Shown: positions 45,901-55,372 of the stretch, in pieces
Layout of the letters: every line of letters begins with the position of its first letter
Numbering within the stretch: position 1 is the stretch's first letter
NCBI RefSeq assembly: GCF_018350175.1
Contig: NC_058369.1
Location: 1,304,001 to 1,368,000 of the forward strand
Origin: Felis catus
Taxonomy: Eukaryota
Direction of reading: 5' to 3'
DNA: 64,000 nucleotides
Notes under the pieces: model-generated
Told to the model about the DNA's origin: nothing
The model's database searches: none
What the model saw: the letters and a program-made list of their open reading frames with translations, nothing else
Translations under genes and position numbers: made by a program

Positions 45901-48900
45901 GTTCCTAGTACTTTTATTGCTTAGGAAATTACAAAGATTTTAGAAGCTCTGCCTAGAGCCAGGGACGAGGACCAAAATATATATTTCCTTTTTTTTTAAT
46001 TAAATTTTGTTTAACGTTTATTTTTGAGACAGAGAGAGAGAGAGAAAGAGAGAGAGATAGATGCACACAGTGTGCAAGCAGGGGAGGGGCAGAGAGAGAG
46101 AGGGGGAGACACAGAATCCGAAGCAGGCTCCAGGCTCCAAGCTGTCAGCACAGAACCCAACGCGGGGCTCGAACCCACGAACCACAAGATCATGACCTGA
46201 GCTGAAGTCGGACGCTCAACCGACTGAGCCACCCAGGAGCTCCGATCTCCAGTATCACAATACCACAAGGTCCAACAACATGGTGACGATGTGGGAAACA
46301 CAGGGTGCCCGGATAAAGGGAAGAACGTTAGGGAATTCAGGGAGATTTTTCTTATCAGTTTGGGTCAGAGATTCTCCTGGGCAATGTCTGGGGACATCTG
46401 TGGTTGTCAGACTGAGGGTGCTCCTGGCCTCGAGTGGGCGGGGCCAGGGATGCTGCTCAACCCCCACGGAGTCTGGGCCAGCCCCCAGAAAATGATCCAG
46501 TCCTGAATGTCAGCAGTGCCGAGGGAGAGATCCTGATTTAGGGTAATGACCAATGTTATTAAAGAAAAGGAAAAAGACTGGGGCACCTGGGTGGCTCCGT
46601 CGTTACGCATCCAACTTCAGCTCAGTTCGTGATCTCATGGCTTGTCGGTTCGAGCCCCTCGTCGGGCTCTGTGCTGACAGCTCAGAGCCCGGACCCTGCT
46701 TCGGATTCTGTGTCTCCCTTGCTCTCTGGGCCTCTCCCACTTGTTCTCTCCCCCACCCCCCCAAAATAAACATCAAAAAAAAATTTTTTTTTTAAGAAAG
46801 AACAGGAAAAGAACTCAGTTCAAACTTCGTATCTTTATTCTCCCTAGAAGTCATCATAACAAAAGGAACTCTCACAGACGGAGTGCCTGCCCCGCGCCAG
46901 GCGAGATACGTGCTTCAACGACCGTCCCAAGACCAGATCCCATCTTGGCTCTACATGCACCTCACAGCCTGGCGGCTCCCACAAACCTCCTGGGCTGAAC
47001 CCCAGGAAACTGCCATTTTTGAGATGAGAAACAACAGAATATGAGCTCTTGCATACAGTTCAGCCTTTTTTTTTTTTAATGTTTATTTATTTTTGAGAGA
47101 GAGAGACAGAGCATGAACGGGGGAGGGGCAGAGAGAGAGAGAGACACAGAATCGGAAGCAGGCTCCAGGCTCCCAGCCGTCAGCACAGAGCCTGACGCGG
47201 GGCTCGAACCCACAAACTGTGAGATCACGACCTGAGCTGAAGTCAGACGCTCGACCGACAGGAGTCCCCAGGCCCCTACAGCTCAATCTTAATCCTAGGT
47301 TACGTCTCATTTCAAAATATTACTCTACACAAACTGAATTTTTGAAGTTCTGAAACACCAGTTAAATGGTTTGGAAATGTTCATACCCAAGCCAGAACAC
47401 TACTACTCAGATACTAGTGGATCCAATCAGGGCCTGTGTCTAACAATGTGAAGCCACTCCAATGTGGGGGTGGGGGGGGGCAAGCAAATAAACTAAAGCA
47501 CATCCAGACTAGGGAGATGTTAAAAATACCGTGGGGCGTCTTCATATACTACATCCTGGGAAGCAGTCAGTAAGGACCACGACACTACAAGCAAGATGCA
47601 CACAGAACCTTTTTTTTTTTTTAATGTTTGTTTATTTTTGAGAGAGAGAGAGAGAGGAAGAGGGAATGAGCGGGGGAGGGGCAGAGAGAGGGAGGGGACA
47701 GAGGATCCAAAGCAGGCTCTGTGCCGACAGCAGTGAGCCCGATGTGGGGCTTGAACTCATGAACCGTTAGATCACGACCTAAGCCGAAGTCAGACACTCA
47801 ACCAACTGAGCCACCCGGGCGCCCCCAACAGAACCTTTTTTTCAAGTAATCTCTACACCCAAGAGGGGCTCAAACTCACAACTCTGAGATCAAGGGTCAC
47901 CGCTCCGCCACTGGGCGTGGCCAGGCGCCCAGGATGCAGAAGGAAATCTCAACACTCGGAAATGCCCCTCATTTCTCAGCACAGAAAAAACACTCCAAAC
48001 ACATACTCCAAACTGATTCACAGGGAAGGCGCATTCCCCCGTTTCTTTAATAAACATCGAGTATGTTTTTAAAAGTGTGGGTGTGATTTTACAACCTAAA
48101 AAGATTGAAAAGTAGCTTCCCCCCAAGTATGAAGAGTACCCAGAAGAATAACTTAGGGGCGCCTGGGTGGCTCACTTGGTTAAGCATCCAACTTTGGCTC
48201 GGGTCATGACCTCACTGTAGGTTTGAGCCCCGTGTCGGGCTTTGAACCGACAGCGCGGAGCCTCCCTAGGCTTCTTTCTCTCCCTCTCTCCCTGCCCACT
48301 CCTGCTCTCTCTCTCTCTCACAACCAACATGAAAAAAATTTAAACACAAACTTTAGAAGTCATTTGGGGTTCCCCCCCCCGTCATATCCAAAGTTTAGAA
48401 GGATATCCATAAGTGGATTTTGCCCTCCCTGCCAACATTATTTGTGCTGTATCTTAAGGATTAAAAATAAACTAAGCACCCAGACACATATGAATTCGAC
48501 CATTGTTTTCAAACTTTTTGGACTCATTTTGAGCAACGTGTTTCCGTAGTAACCCAATACACGTGCATGCACACACTTAGCTGAAATAAGCTTCAATAAC
48601 CAGCAGTTACTCTATGTGCACGCAGGACTGGGACTTTCTAGCTTCTCTTTCAACGTAACTCGTTAAATTGAATTCACAACCCACTAAGGGGTCAGAGGCT
48701 GAGGTCTGGAAATAGCCAAGCAGACAGCTTCGTGGGTGACCCGGTGTAAACCCGCATTACGTCACCCACGGCATCCTCAGAAGCGCCTGAAGGGGGTGGC
48801 TGTCACCCGACTCAAAAATGTTTTTTTCCATGCTTATTTATTTTGAGAGAGACACAGAGTGCAAGCGGGAGAGGGCCAGAGAGAGGGGGAGACACAGGAT

Positions 48901-51105
48901 CCGAAGCGGGCTCCAGGCTCCCACAGCTGTCAGCACAGAGCCGGACCCGATGCGGGGCTCGAACCCATGGACCTCGAGATCACGACCTTAGCCGAAGTCG
49001 GACGCTTAACGGACGGAGCCACCCAGACGCTGTCACCCCCACTTTGTATCAGAGGCACTTCCCTCGTCACCCCGTCAATAAGCCCGAGAACTTGGACGCA
49101 AGCCTCCCGATGTCCAACAACACGACTGAATCACCACAGATCACGCTGCATTTCCACGTGGCCTTTCAAGGCCCCGTCGAGCCTCATTTGTAGGATGCCG
49201 CACCGAAGATTTCGGCTGAAACCTATTATCAAGCCAACTCTGGAGTGCGCTAAACTGCCGCGGAGAAAGCACCTAGTGTCGAGTCCTCACCGGGGTGCGG
49301 TGGGGAAGCAGGGGAGGACCCGGCGCAGCCAGAGGGTGCAGAAGCATCCGAGCGGCGAGGCGACTGGAGAACACCCCAGCAACCAGCCTCCAGGTCACCC
49401 CGATCTGTTGACGAGGAAACCGGGGGGGGGGGGGGCCAAGACACCACGTCCTCTGGGAATCGCCCACAGGTGGAGGGCAGGACCCACACAGACACGGGCC
49501 TTCGAAGACTCTTCCCCCTCCAGCATCCCCGTGGAAAGGGCTCCAAGCCCGCGGAAAGGTGCCAGCGATTCTCAATGAACCAACCACGGCTCAGGGAACT
49601 GCCCGGGGACAGCGTGCTTCCCCCAGACACCGGGCGCCCGAACTGGAGCGGCCTCGGTGCCTCCTCGCAATCCCAGAACAGGCGGCCCAGCAACATCCGC
49701 TAACCCAGGGAAATCAGGAGAACAACCAGCGCACAAAAGAAACGTGCGGGGTGAACAGGTTGCAGATTCACTCGGCCCCTCCCAGCTGGGAGAGACAAAA
49801 CCCAGGCCAACCAGCCCCTCTCCCGTCACCGAACCTGAAGGCCAGGACCCAGAGAGACGCGCACCGGAACCACCCCTGCGAGCGGGAGCGGCTAACGGTG
49901 CAAAACCGGGGATAGCCGAGGAAGGATAGGAGGCTGCAAATGACTGCCCAGCGAGGTCACGCCCGTTCTGAAAAAGTGCACCGGCGGCAGGAACTCGGCC
50001 CGGCACACGGCCCGGGGGCTGCGGGTGCCTCGGGCAAATTCCCTCCCTTCCCTGCACTTCCCACCCTGGCGTGCCCGACTTCCCCGGCGCCATTGTGAGG
50101 AGGGCGGATGGCGTCGGGCAGTGGGACCCGTGGGACCCGCACCGCACGCAACAACCGCCCGCTACCGGGCAGCCTCCCCCTCCACCTGGGAAAGCGGGGT
50201 GCGCCTTCGAGACCCCCTGTGCAAGTGTGGGCTGACACCTCCTCAAGGAAGCCGGCGGCCCGGTGGCCACTGACCGTCCCCGTTCCTCTCAAATCTAGGT
50301 CACTGGCTGGGGGGAGGGGCGCAGGGAAGGAAACGGGGCCCACGGTTACGATTTTACTTGTGGACAGCCTTTTCCTCGCCCCGACTTTCGGTTTTCTGGT
50401 TGAAGCCGGCTTCCCCATTCCAGGACCCCCCAGCGGCTTCCTTATTTTGAGTCAGGGCTCCCGCGGTCTCCCCTCCCTCCCTGAGAGGGGCGGCTCCACC
50501 TTCCCGGGGACGCGGGCCCAGGAGGCAAGGCCCGATTCCCGGACCGGGCCCCAGAGGGCCACCCGGACGCGTACCACATCATGGGTTCCTCCCGGAGCGG
50601 CCCGCGGAGAGGAGGGCCCCCCAACCAGGAGTCTAGAGGCCTGGAGCGGAGTTAGAGCCCTCCAAAGTCTCTTCCCGGGCCACCTGCGGCGACGGGGAGG
50701 CGGGCTTCCATCGCCCAGAGGGTAAACTGAGACTACGGGGGGGGGTGGGGGGAGGGCACCCAGCGGCAGGGCCCCCAGGTGATCCGACACACACGGGAGG
50801 TACGGGAGGTCCTGAGAATCGCGGCTCGCGTCTGTCAGGGGTAAACTGAGGCTCAGGGAGAAAGAGGCGAGGCGAGCGGCGGCCCGGGTCGCAAGCAGGC
50901 AGGGCTCGAGGCCTCGGGGGCGAGCAGGAGGCCGGAGTCGGTGTCCCGGGTGGTACTGGCGTCGGGGTCGGGCAGAGCCAGGCCGGCCCCGTGCGGCGCG
51001 CCGGCTCACCTCGTCCTCTTTGTGGTTGCGGATGCCGCGCACCAGGTCCTGCAGGTTCTTGTCGAACATGCGGTCGATGCTGCCCTTGACCATCTTGAGG
51101 GCCAT
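15165..51105 (-). CDS. AP3D1: AP-3 complex subunit delta-1, complete spliced CDS (32 coding exons, 3651 nt, 1216 aa)
   Basis: Runs from MALKMVKGSIDRMFDKNLQDLVRGIRNHKEDE through the adaptin trunk, acidic/basic hinge and ear to ...LLSNLLAEMKATLAEC*. All 32 exons were read and are phase-consistent; introns 7 and 19 are GC-AG. Confidence 0.97.
15690..18230 (+). mobile_element. Ancient L1M ORF1-end/ORF2-start remnant filling AP3D1 intron 31, interrupted by SINEs
   Basis: A-rich plus strand with recognisable ORF2 tracts (aagcccaaagcaggcagaaaaaaggag; tttgaaaaaaatcaagaaaaacgataaacctc; ccccaggcccagacggct). Confidence 0.65.
16303..16612. mobile_element. SINEC_Fc (+, 16303-16521) abutting a short older SINEC (-, ~16522-16612)
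   Basis: SINE head and tail motifs; internal (GGAGCCT)x4 slippage at ~16408-16439. Confidence 0.85.
18257..18336 (-). CDS. AP3D1: AP3D1 exon 31
   Basis: VERVDSCASMYSRSIQGHHVCLLVKK. Confidence 0.95.
18449..18570 (-). CDS. AP3D1: AP3D1 exon 30
   Basis: DAFAKLLESGDLSMSSIKVDGISMSFQNLLAKICFHHHFS. Confidence 0.95.
18682..18990 (+). mobile_element. MLT1A-type LTR
   Basis: tcccccaaattcctatgttga..gacctcaggatgtgactgtatttggaaacagg..gaggacaggcggagaagacggcatctgc. Confidence 0.65.
19128..19213 (-). CDS. AP3D1: AP3D1 exon 29
   Basis: NDEGSTHEKLDFKLHFSCTSYLVTTPCY. Confidence 0.95.
19323..19411 (-). CDS. AP3D1: AP3D1 exon 28
   Basis: ISNEAQFVFTIQSIVMAQKLKGTLSFIAK. Confidence 0.95.
19620..19809 (-). CDS. 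AP3D1: AP3D1 exon 27
   Basis: TYDIQGSLQKDSQVTVSIVLDNQSSSFLKGMEFNVLDSLN...PFQLPP. Confidence 0.95.
20186..20233 (-). CDS. AP3D1: AP3D1 exon 26
   Basis: PMSSYCLLAENSYIKM. Confidence 0.95.
20608..20757 (-). CDS. AP3D1: AP3D1 exon 25
   Basis: KASKHKKKKPKKKEKEERPKDKKK...ADEPLP. Confidence 0.93.
21075..21455 (+). mobile_element. L1MB-like 3' end remnant, GC-shifted
   Basis: Same region of L1 as 3665-4140: ggaccccgaacacacgacgctcag...gaatgttctggaattag..gtgatggtaacacaac. Confidence 0.7.
21590..21706 (-). CDS. AP3D1: AP3D1 exon 24 (hinge, likely alternative)
   Basis: ctgcag|GEPGANTVTAAPEGGGEEPRREERGDEDEDGDNERDPEK|gtgagg. Confidence 0.85.
22041..22106 (-). CDS. AP3D1: AP3D1 exon 23 (hinge, likely alternative)
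   Basis: ttccag|GEDFDFWLSTAPLPAAAPAPAP|gtaaga. Confidence 0.88.
22404..22584 (-). CDS. AP3D1: AP3D1 exon 22
   Basis: PLADSERLPVQKHRNAETTKSPEKED...KEEKE. Confidence 0.93.
22680..22753 (-). CDS. AP3D1: AP3D1 exon 21
   Basis: NALPSDEDDKDPNDPYRALDVDLD. Confidence 0.95.
22991..23193 (-). CDS. AP3D1: AP3D1 exon 20
   Basis: MPVSDQYVKLQEEREHRQ...DIVTEEMPE. Confidence 0.95.
23661..23736 (-). CDS. AP3D1: AP3D1 exon 19 (GC donor)
   Basis: RYQDMPGVEHIPVVQIDLSVPLKVP G|gcaagt. Confidence 0.94.
24438..24509 (-). CDS. AP3D1: AP3D1 exon 18
   Basis: RREARKQEQANNPFYIKSSPSPQK. Confidence 0.95.
24987..25676. mobile_element. Three adjacent SINEC_Fc-type SINEs (+ 24987-25201, - 25205-25415, + 25452-25676)
   Basis: Full head/(CT)n/tail structures in alternating orientation in AP3D1 intron 17. 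Confidence 0.92.
25998..26139 (-). CDS. AP3D1: AP3D1 exon 17
   Basis: LDLDAWINEPPSDSESEDEKPKAIFHDEE...EELAR. Confidence 0.96.
26494..26639 (-). CDS. AP3D1: AP3D1 exon 16
   Basis: ASCVLQLVKHIQKLQAKDVPVAEEVSALFAGELNPVAPKAQKKVPVPE. Confidence 0.96.
26768..26972 (+). mobile_element. Can-SINE in AP3D1 intron 15
   Basis: gtgagttcaagccccacgtcgggct..cacagagcctgctt..aaataaacgttaa. Confidence 0.8.
27728..27959 (-). CDS. AP3D1: AP3D1 exon 15
   Basis: HLQEPQQTLEAMLRPKVTTLPGHIQAVYVQN...DLEVQER. Confidence 0.96.
28405..28635 (-). CDS. AP3D1: AP3D1 exon 14
   Basis: YISVLVELTRLEGTRHGHLIAAQMLDVAIRVK...AAWICGEFS. Confidence 0.96.
28706..28854 (-). CDS. AP3D1: AP3D1 exon 13
   Basis: VSKKNLVEIVKKLMSHVDKAEGTTYRDELLTKIIDICSQCNYQHITNFQ W|gtccgt. 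Confidence 0.94.
28940..29085 (-). CDS. AP3D1: AP3D1 exon 12
   Basis: KYLGLLAMSKILRTHPKSVQAHKDLVLQCLDDKDESIRLRALDLLYGM. Confidence 0.96.
30056..30104 (-). CDS. AP3D1: AP3D1 exon 11
   Basis: LCVQKLRILIEDSDQN. Confidence 0.95.
30424..30473 (-). CDS. AP3D1: AP3D1 exon 10
   Basis: LISLSSGMPNHSASIQ. Confidence 0.95.
31664..31713 (-). CDS. AP3D1: AP3D1 exon 9
   Basis: TSAMSLLYECVNTVIA. Confidence 0.95.
32733..32806 (-). CDS. AP3D1: AP3D1 exon 8
   Basis: FGALTPLEPRLGKKLIEPLTNLIH. Confidence 0.96.
32953..33092 (-). CDS. AP3D1: AP3D1 exon 7 (GC donor)
   Basis: VQSAAVNVICELARRNPKNYLSLAPLFFKLMTSSTNNWVLIKIIKL|gcaagt. Confidence 0.94.
33952..34081 (-). CDS. AP3D1: AP3D1 exon 6
   Basis: MSHTKPYIRKKAVLIMYKVFLKYPESLRPAFPRLKEKLEDPDP. 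Confidence 0.96.
35537..35644 (-). CDS. AP3D1: AP3D1 exon 5
   Basis: DLSSPSQYDTGVALTGLSCFVTPDLARDLANDIMTL. Confidence 0.96.
36526..36638 (+). mobile_element. Can-SINE 5' half
   Basis: ggctcagtcggttcaatgtccaactc...gggctctgtgctgacagc. Confidence 0.75.
37561..37641 (-). CDS. AP3D1: AP3D1 exon 4
   Basis: RIGYLAASQCFHEGTDVIMLTTNQIRK. Confidence 0.96.
37809..37842 (+). repeat. (GGA)n microsatellite
   Basis: About 11 GGA units. Confidence 0.9.
38528..38718 (+). mobile_element. Can-SINE
   Basis: gggcaccagggtggctcagtcagttgag...ctctcaaaaataaac. Confidence 0.85.
38966..39046 (-). CDS. AP3D1: AP3D1 exon 3
   Basis: LQMLGYDISWAAFNIIEVMSASKFTFK. Confidence 0.96.
39643..39738 (-). CDS. AP3D1: AP3D1 exon 2
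   Basis: AKYISQCIDEIKQELKQDNIAVKANAVCKLTY|gtaagt. Confidence 0.96.
40185..40283 (-). mobile_element. Short older Can-SINE
   Basis: gcggggctcaactcacagccccgagaccaagagtc..tgagccgtccaggcgcccc. Confidence 0.75.
42150..42900 (+). mobile_element. Ancient L1M 5'/ORF1 remnant
   Basis: A-rich strand with ORF1-like tracts (agccccaggtctgtgggacaa..catgtaaccgg; gttcaagctcagc..cacatcc..agtcaaac). Confidence 0.55.
42900..42938 (+). repeat. (TATC)n tetranucleotide microsatellite at a SINE tail (short SINE ~42938-43020, minus)
   Basis: About 9 TATC units. Confidence 0.9.
43623..44105 (-). mobile_element. L1MC-type LINE 3'UTR remnant (copy B)
   Basis: Reverse complement matches 8287-8645 and continues 5' with L1-like ccttcagcaggtgaacggatggacgaactggtc. 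Confidence 0.75.
45210..45990. mobile_element. MER21-like ERVL LTR remnant
   Basis: ccaagtcatctcattagga..ctcctgtcacccaggaaat..taggagctc..ttaggaaattacaaagattttagaagctctg. Confidence 0.6.
45989..49031. mobile_element. Cluster of Can-SINEs in AP3D1 intron 1 (-45989-46243, +46580-46782, -47066-47276, -47610-47826, -47836-47930, +48156-48338, -48820-49031)
   Basis: Each shows the SINEC head, (CT)n/(AG)n body and A/T tail; coordinates approximate. Confidence 0.88.
46365..46540 (+). mobile_element. MER20 remnant
   Basis: ggcaatgtctggggacatctgtggttgtca..ggccagggatgctgctcaa..aatgtcagcagtgccgag. Confidence 0.7.
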
Positions 51106-51960
51106 CGCGGCGGACGCCGCCGGGCTCGAGCCCCGGGAGGCCCGCGGCAGGGCACCGTGCGGGGGCCCGGGGGCCGCGCCTGCCGCCCGCGGAGCGCTGC
51201 GCTGCCGGCTGCCGCGGTGGCGCGGGCTCCCAGGCCAGGTCGGCGGCTGTCCGCGGCGCGGCGGCGGCGACGGCGACCCGCTCCGCAGGCCGCGCTCGCA
51301 CTCCCGCTCCCCTCCGGCTCCGCGCCGCGCCGCTGGCAAATGGCGGACAAGATGGCGGCGGGTCAGCTGACGACAGGAGCCCAGGCCCGGCGACCCGCCC
51401 CCGGAAGCCCCGCCTCCCCCTAGGGCCCCGCCCCTACATCGCCAGGCCACCACGTTTCCCTGGCGACGCCTGCCGCCCAATGGAAACGCAGACAACGCCC
51501 TCACCGTCCGCTTAGCTTCGCACGCTCCGGCTCAGGGCTCTTCTCTGTCATTGGCCAGCGGCCCCCATAACTCCACCCACTTCCTTGTTTCGGGTTCTAA
51601 CCACGCCCCCCAGGAGCGCCCTCCCTGCCCCGCCCCTGAACCAAATAACAGCAGGGGGTGGGGCCTGCTGTGGGCGGGGCTCCCACGTGGAGCTTCTCAG
51701 GCAAGTTCCTGGGAAGGAATCCAGCTCCGCCTTTCCTGAATCGAAAAGCTGACCCGACGCAGCGGGGAGCGGATGCGGTGCCTCCAGCGCGTCTCTGAAA
51801 ACCCCGTGACACGGGCAGGACGGGAATAACATGTCCACGTGGAGGAACGGAGGCCGGGAGCCGGAGGTCCAGCGAGGCCGGTTGGCTCCGCACACATTCG
51901 TGGGGGCCTACTGGGTGCCAGGCGACGAGACACGCGGCGCCCGCCCTCCGCGTGCACCCC
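50480..51960. promoter_or_regulatory. AP3D1: AP3D1 CpG-island promoter
   Basis: CpG-dense. Tandem YY1 motifs 51337-51359, palindrome GTCAGCTGAC 51362-51371, CCGGAAG 51401-51407, GC boxes, X-box-like GTTTCCCTGGCGAC 51454-51467, CCAAT ~51477 and ATTGG ~51550. Confidence 0.85.
51010..51105 (-). CDS. AP3D1: AP3D1 exon 1 (coding part)
   Basis: GCG ATG G; MALKMVKG...HKEDE|gtgagc. Confidence 0.97.
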
Positions 51961-51964
51961 TACC

Positions 51965-52830
51965 AGAGCAAAAAGGCAAGCCACCAGCTGGGATGAGATA
52001 GTTGCAATGTTTATACATCCGACTAAGGACTTTAATCCACAAAGGCAGAGCAAAACAAAAATTCCTACAAATCACGAAGAGAAAACCAACCCAGTTAAAA
52101 TATGGCATGCATTTCACAAAAGGCAACACCCCAGTGGCCAAAAGATAAAAAGCAAAAGGTGCTCTATCTCTTTGGTCATCGGAGAAACGCCAATTTAAAG
52201 GACAATGAGACGCCTCTGTACCGGTATGAGAATGGCTACAATCAGAAAGAATGACACTGTCGAGAGTTGTAATGATGTGGAGCAACTGAAATTTTGCTCT
52301 TCCTGTCCAGTTAGGAATATAATGCTACACAGCTTCTTTGGAAATCTGCCTGGCTGTCTGTGTTTGTTTTTGTTTTTAAGTAAACTCTACCCCCACCACG
52401 GAGCATGAACTCAGGAGCAGGAGATCAAAATTCGCCTGCTCCACAGACTGAGCCAGCCAGGCACTCCTGGCTGTGTGTTTTAAAGATAACACGCGTAGAC
52501 CCTATGCCCCAGAAATGTCACTACTGTTCCCGACAAGAATGCAGAAATACATCCACCAAAGGCTCAGAGGAGCTGTATTTCGATTAGTCCAAAATCCAAA
52601 ACAGCCCAAATGTCCATCAACAGAAAATGGATGCACAACTTTGCGGCCACCACACCATGGAGTACTACGCAGCAGTGAAAAAGGACAGATCACTAATACA
52701 CAGAACAAAACGGATAAATTGCACAGACACGATGTGGAAGGAAACAAGCCCAACACAAAGGAGTGTGCATGATATGATCCTATCAACGTCAAGTTCAATT
52801 ACGGGCAAAACCGGCCTATGGTAAGAAGCA
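51965..52830 (+). mobile_element. Old L1M ORF2-end/3'UTR remnant
   Basis: aacccagttaaaatatggca..gaatggctacaatcagaaag..cccaaatgtccatcaacag..aagccc aacacaaaggagt. Confidence 0.65.
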
Positions 52831-53389
52831 TTACATAACTCCTTAGAGGTTACCCAACTGTACAGAGAAGAACTGGAGACTGGATGTGTAAGTTCTGGCA
52901 TATACATGCAACAGATTCCTGACCAACTGTTAAAAGAACACAGTAGGTAAATGCTATGGGACTTGCCCTCCCACGCTAAACAGCAGGAGAACTGGCTAAA
53001 ATACTGTAGGCACCATCCAGACTGTGATTAGGCGGGAAAACCCAAACAGAGCACAACAGTTTCATGAAGTGAGGGGATAAAGACGGGAGATGAGGGAAGT
53101 CCAGGTGGCTAGAATTTTCAGAGCAATGTAGCAGACAACAGAGAGCTATCTCGAGAAAGAACTTATAAATTTTCATAAGCGTCCCCATGAGTCTTTGGCT
53201 GAATGTCACTGCGTGTGCGTATGATGAAGATCCACCAGGCCAGGCCAAAAACCAGTGGCTGAGAAACGGGGGAGAATAAAACATAAACCTCTAATCCAAA
53301 AAGTACAGTATGAAAAATGCTCCCTGCATGGACTTAGTGATAGAGTAGACATTGGGAATTGTAGGTCACTAGTGACATTGAAAATTTTA

Positions 53390-54536
53390 GGGGCGCCTGG
53401 GTGGCTCAGTCGGTTGGGCGTCCGACTTCGGCTCAGGTCATGATCTCACGGACTGTGAGTTCGAGCCCCGCGTCGGGCTCTGTGCTGACAGCTCAGAGAC
53501 TGGAGCCCATTTCAGATTCTGTGTCTCCCTCTCTCTCTGCACCTCCCTGTTCATGCTCTGTCTCTCTGTCTCAAAAATAAATAAACGTTAAAAAAATTTT
53601 TTTTAAAGAAAATTTTATAATAAAACTATCCACAGTGAAACACACAAAGGACAAAGAATGCTTTCGGGATGAACAGAACCTCAGTGACCCGCAAGATAAT
53701 ATCAGGATCTAACATACGTATAATTGGAGCCCCATAAGGAAAGAGGAAAAGGAATGACCAAAAAAAAAAAGAAAAAAGAAAAAGAAAAAGAAACTAAACA
53801 AACAAGAGGCTCCTGGGTGGCTCAGTCGGTTAAGTATCCAACCCTTGATTTCAGCTCAGGTCATGGGTTCATGGTTGTGAGATTGAGCCCCAAGTGGGGC
53901 TCCATGCTGAACGTGGGTCCTGCTTGGGATTCTTTCTCTCCGTATCCTTCCCCTTCCTGAGCACTGGCTCACTCGCTCAGTCTCTCTGTAAACAAACAAA
54001 CAAACAAACAAACCCAAATGGCCAAAAACTTCCAAATCTGATGAAAACCATAAACCCACAGGTCTACGAACCTCAATGAATGCCAAGAATAATAAAAAAT
54101 AGAGAAAAGCAGGGGCACCTGGGTGGTTCAGTTGGTTAAGCACCCGACTTCGGCTCAGGTCATAATCTCATGGTTGGTGACTTCAAGTCCTGAATCAAGC
54201 TCTGTGCTGAGAGACCGGAGCCTGGAGCCTGCTTTGGATTCTCTCTCTCTCCGTCCCTCCCCCTCATGTTCTCTGTCTCTCTCTCAAAAATAAATAAATG
54301 AGGGGCGCCTGGGTGGCACAGTCGGTTAAGCGTCCGACTTCAGCCAGGTCACGATCTCCCGGTCCGTGAGTTCGAGCCCCGCGTCAGGCTCTGGGCTGAT
54401 GGCTCAGAGCCTGGAGCCTGTTTCCGATTCTGTGTCTCCCTCTCTCTCTGCCCCTCCCCCGTTCATGCTCTGTCTCTCTCTGTCCCAAGAAAAATAAATA
54501 AACGTTGAAAAAAAATAAAATAAAAAATAAAATAAT
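53390..54536 (+). mobile_element. Four Can-SINEs (53390-53596, 53806-53990, 54112-54301, 54302-54536)
   Basis: Full-length SINEC_Fc heads. TSDs: gaaaatttta (53380/53608) and aataaataaatga (54289/54537). Confidence 0.92.
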
Positions 54537-54624
54537 AATAAATAAATGAATAAATATTTTTTAAAAAGGTATTATTCTTTTTTTAAAAAATAGGGAAAAG
54601 CATACCCAGTCATGTTATAACTAA

Positions 54625-55332
54625 AGAATTAGAGAATAGAGAACCCAGAAATGGACCCACAAACATATGGCCAACTAATCCAACAAAGCAGGAAAGAATA
54701 TCCAATGGAATAAAGACAGTCTCTTCAGCAAGTGGTGCTGGGAAAACTGGACAGCGACAGGCAGAAGAATGAACCTGGACCACTTTCAGATAAAGGGTTG
54801 GTATCCAAAATCTATAAAGAACTTATCAAACTCAACACCCAAAACACAAATAATCCAGTGAAGAAATGGGCAAAAGATATGAATAGACATGTCTTCTCCA
54901 AAGAAGACATCCAGATGGCCAACCGACACATGAAAACATGCTCAACATCACTCGTCATCAGGGAAATGCAGATCAAAACCACAATGAGATGCCACCTGAC
55001 ACGTGTCAGAATGGCCAACAGTAATTCAGGTAACAACAGATGTTGGCGAGGATGCGGAGAAAGAGGATCTCTTTTGCACTGCTGGTGGGAATGCAAGCTG
55101 GTGCAGCCACTCTGGAAAACAGTCTGGAGTTTCCTCAAAAAACTAAAAATAGAACTACTCTATGACCCAGCAATGGCACTACTAGGCGTTTATCCAAGGG
55201 ATACAGGTGTGCTGTTTCGAAGGGACACATGCACCCCCCGTGTTTATAGCAGCACTATCGACAAGAGCCAAAGTACGGAAAGAGCCCAAATGTCCACCGA
55301 CGATGGATGAATGCCTAAAGAAGATGTGGTGT

Positions 55333-55372
<40 letters not shown>

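Noticed and set aside
54732..55310. 192-aa ORF with Cys-rich motif
   Set aside because: L1 ORF2 C-terminal fragment of a truncated, deleted retrotransposon; not a host gene.
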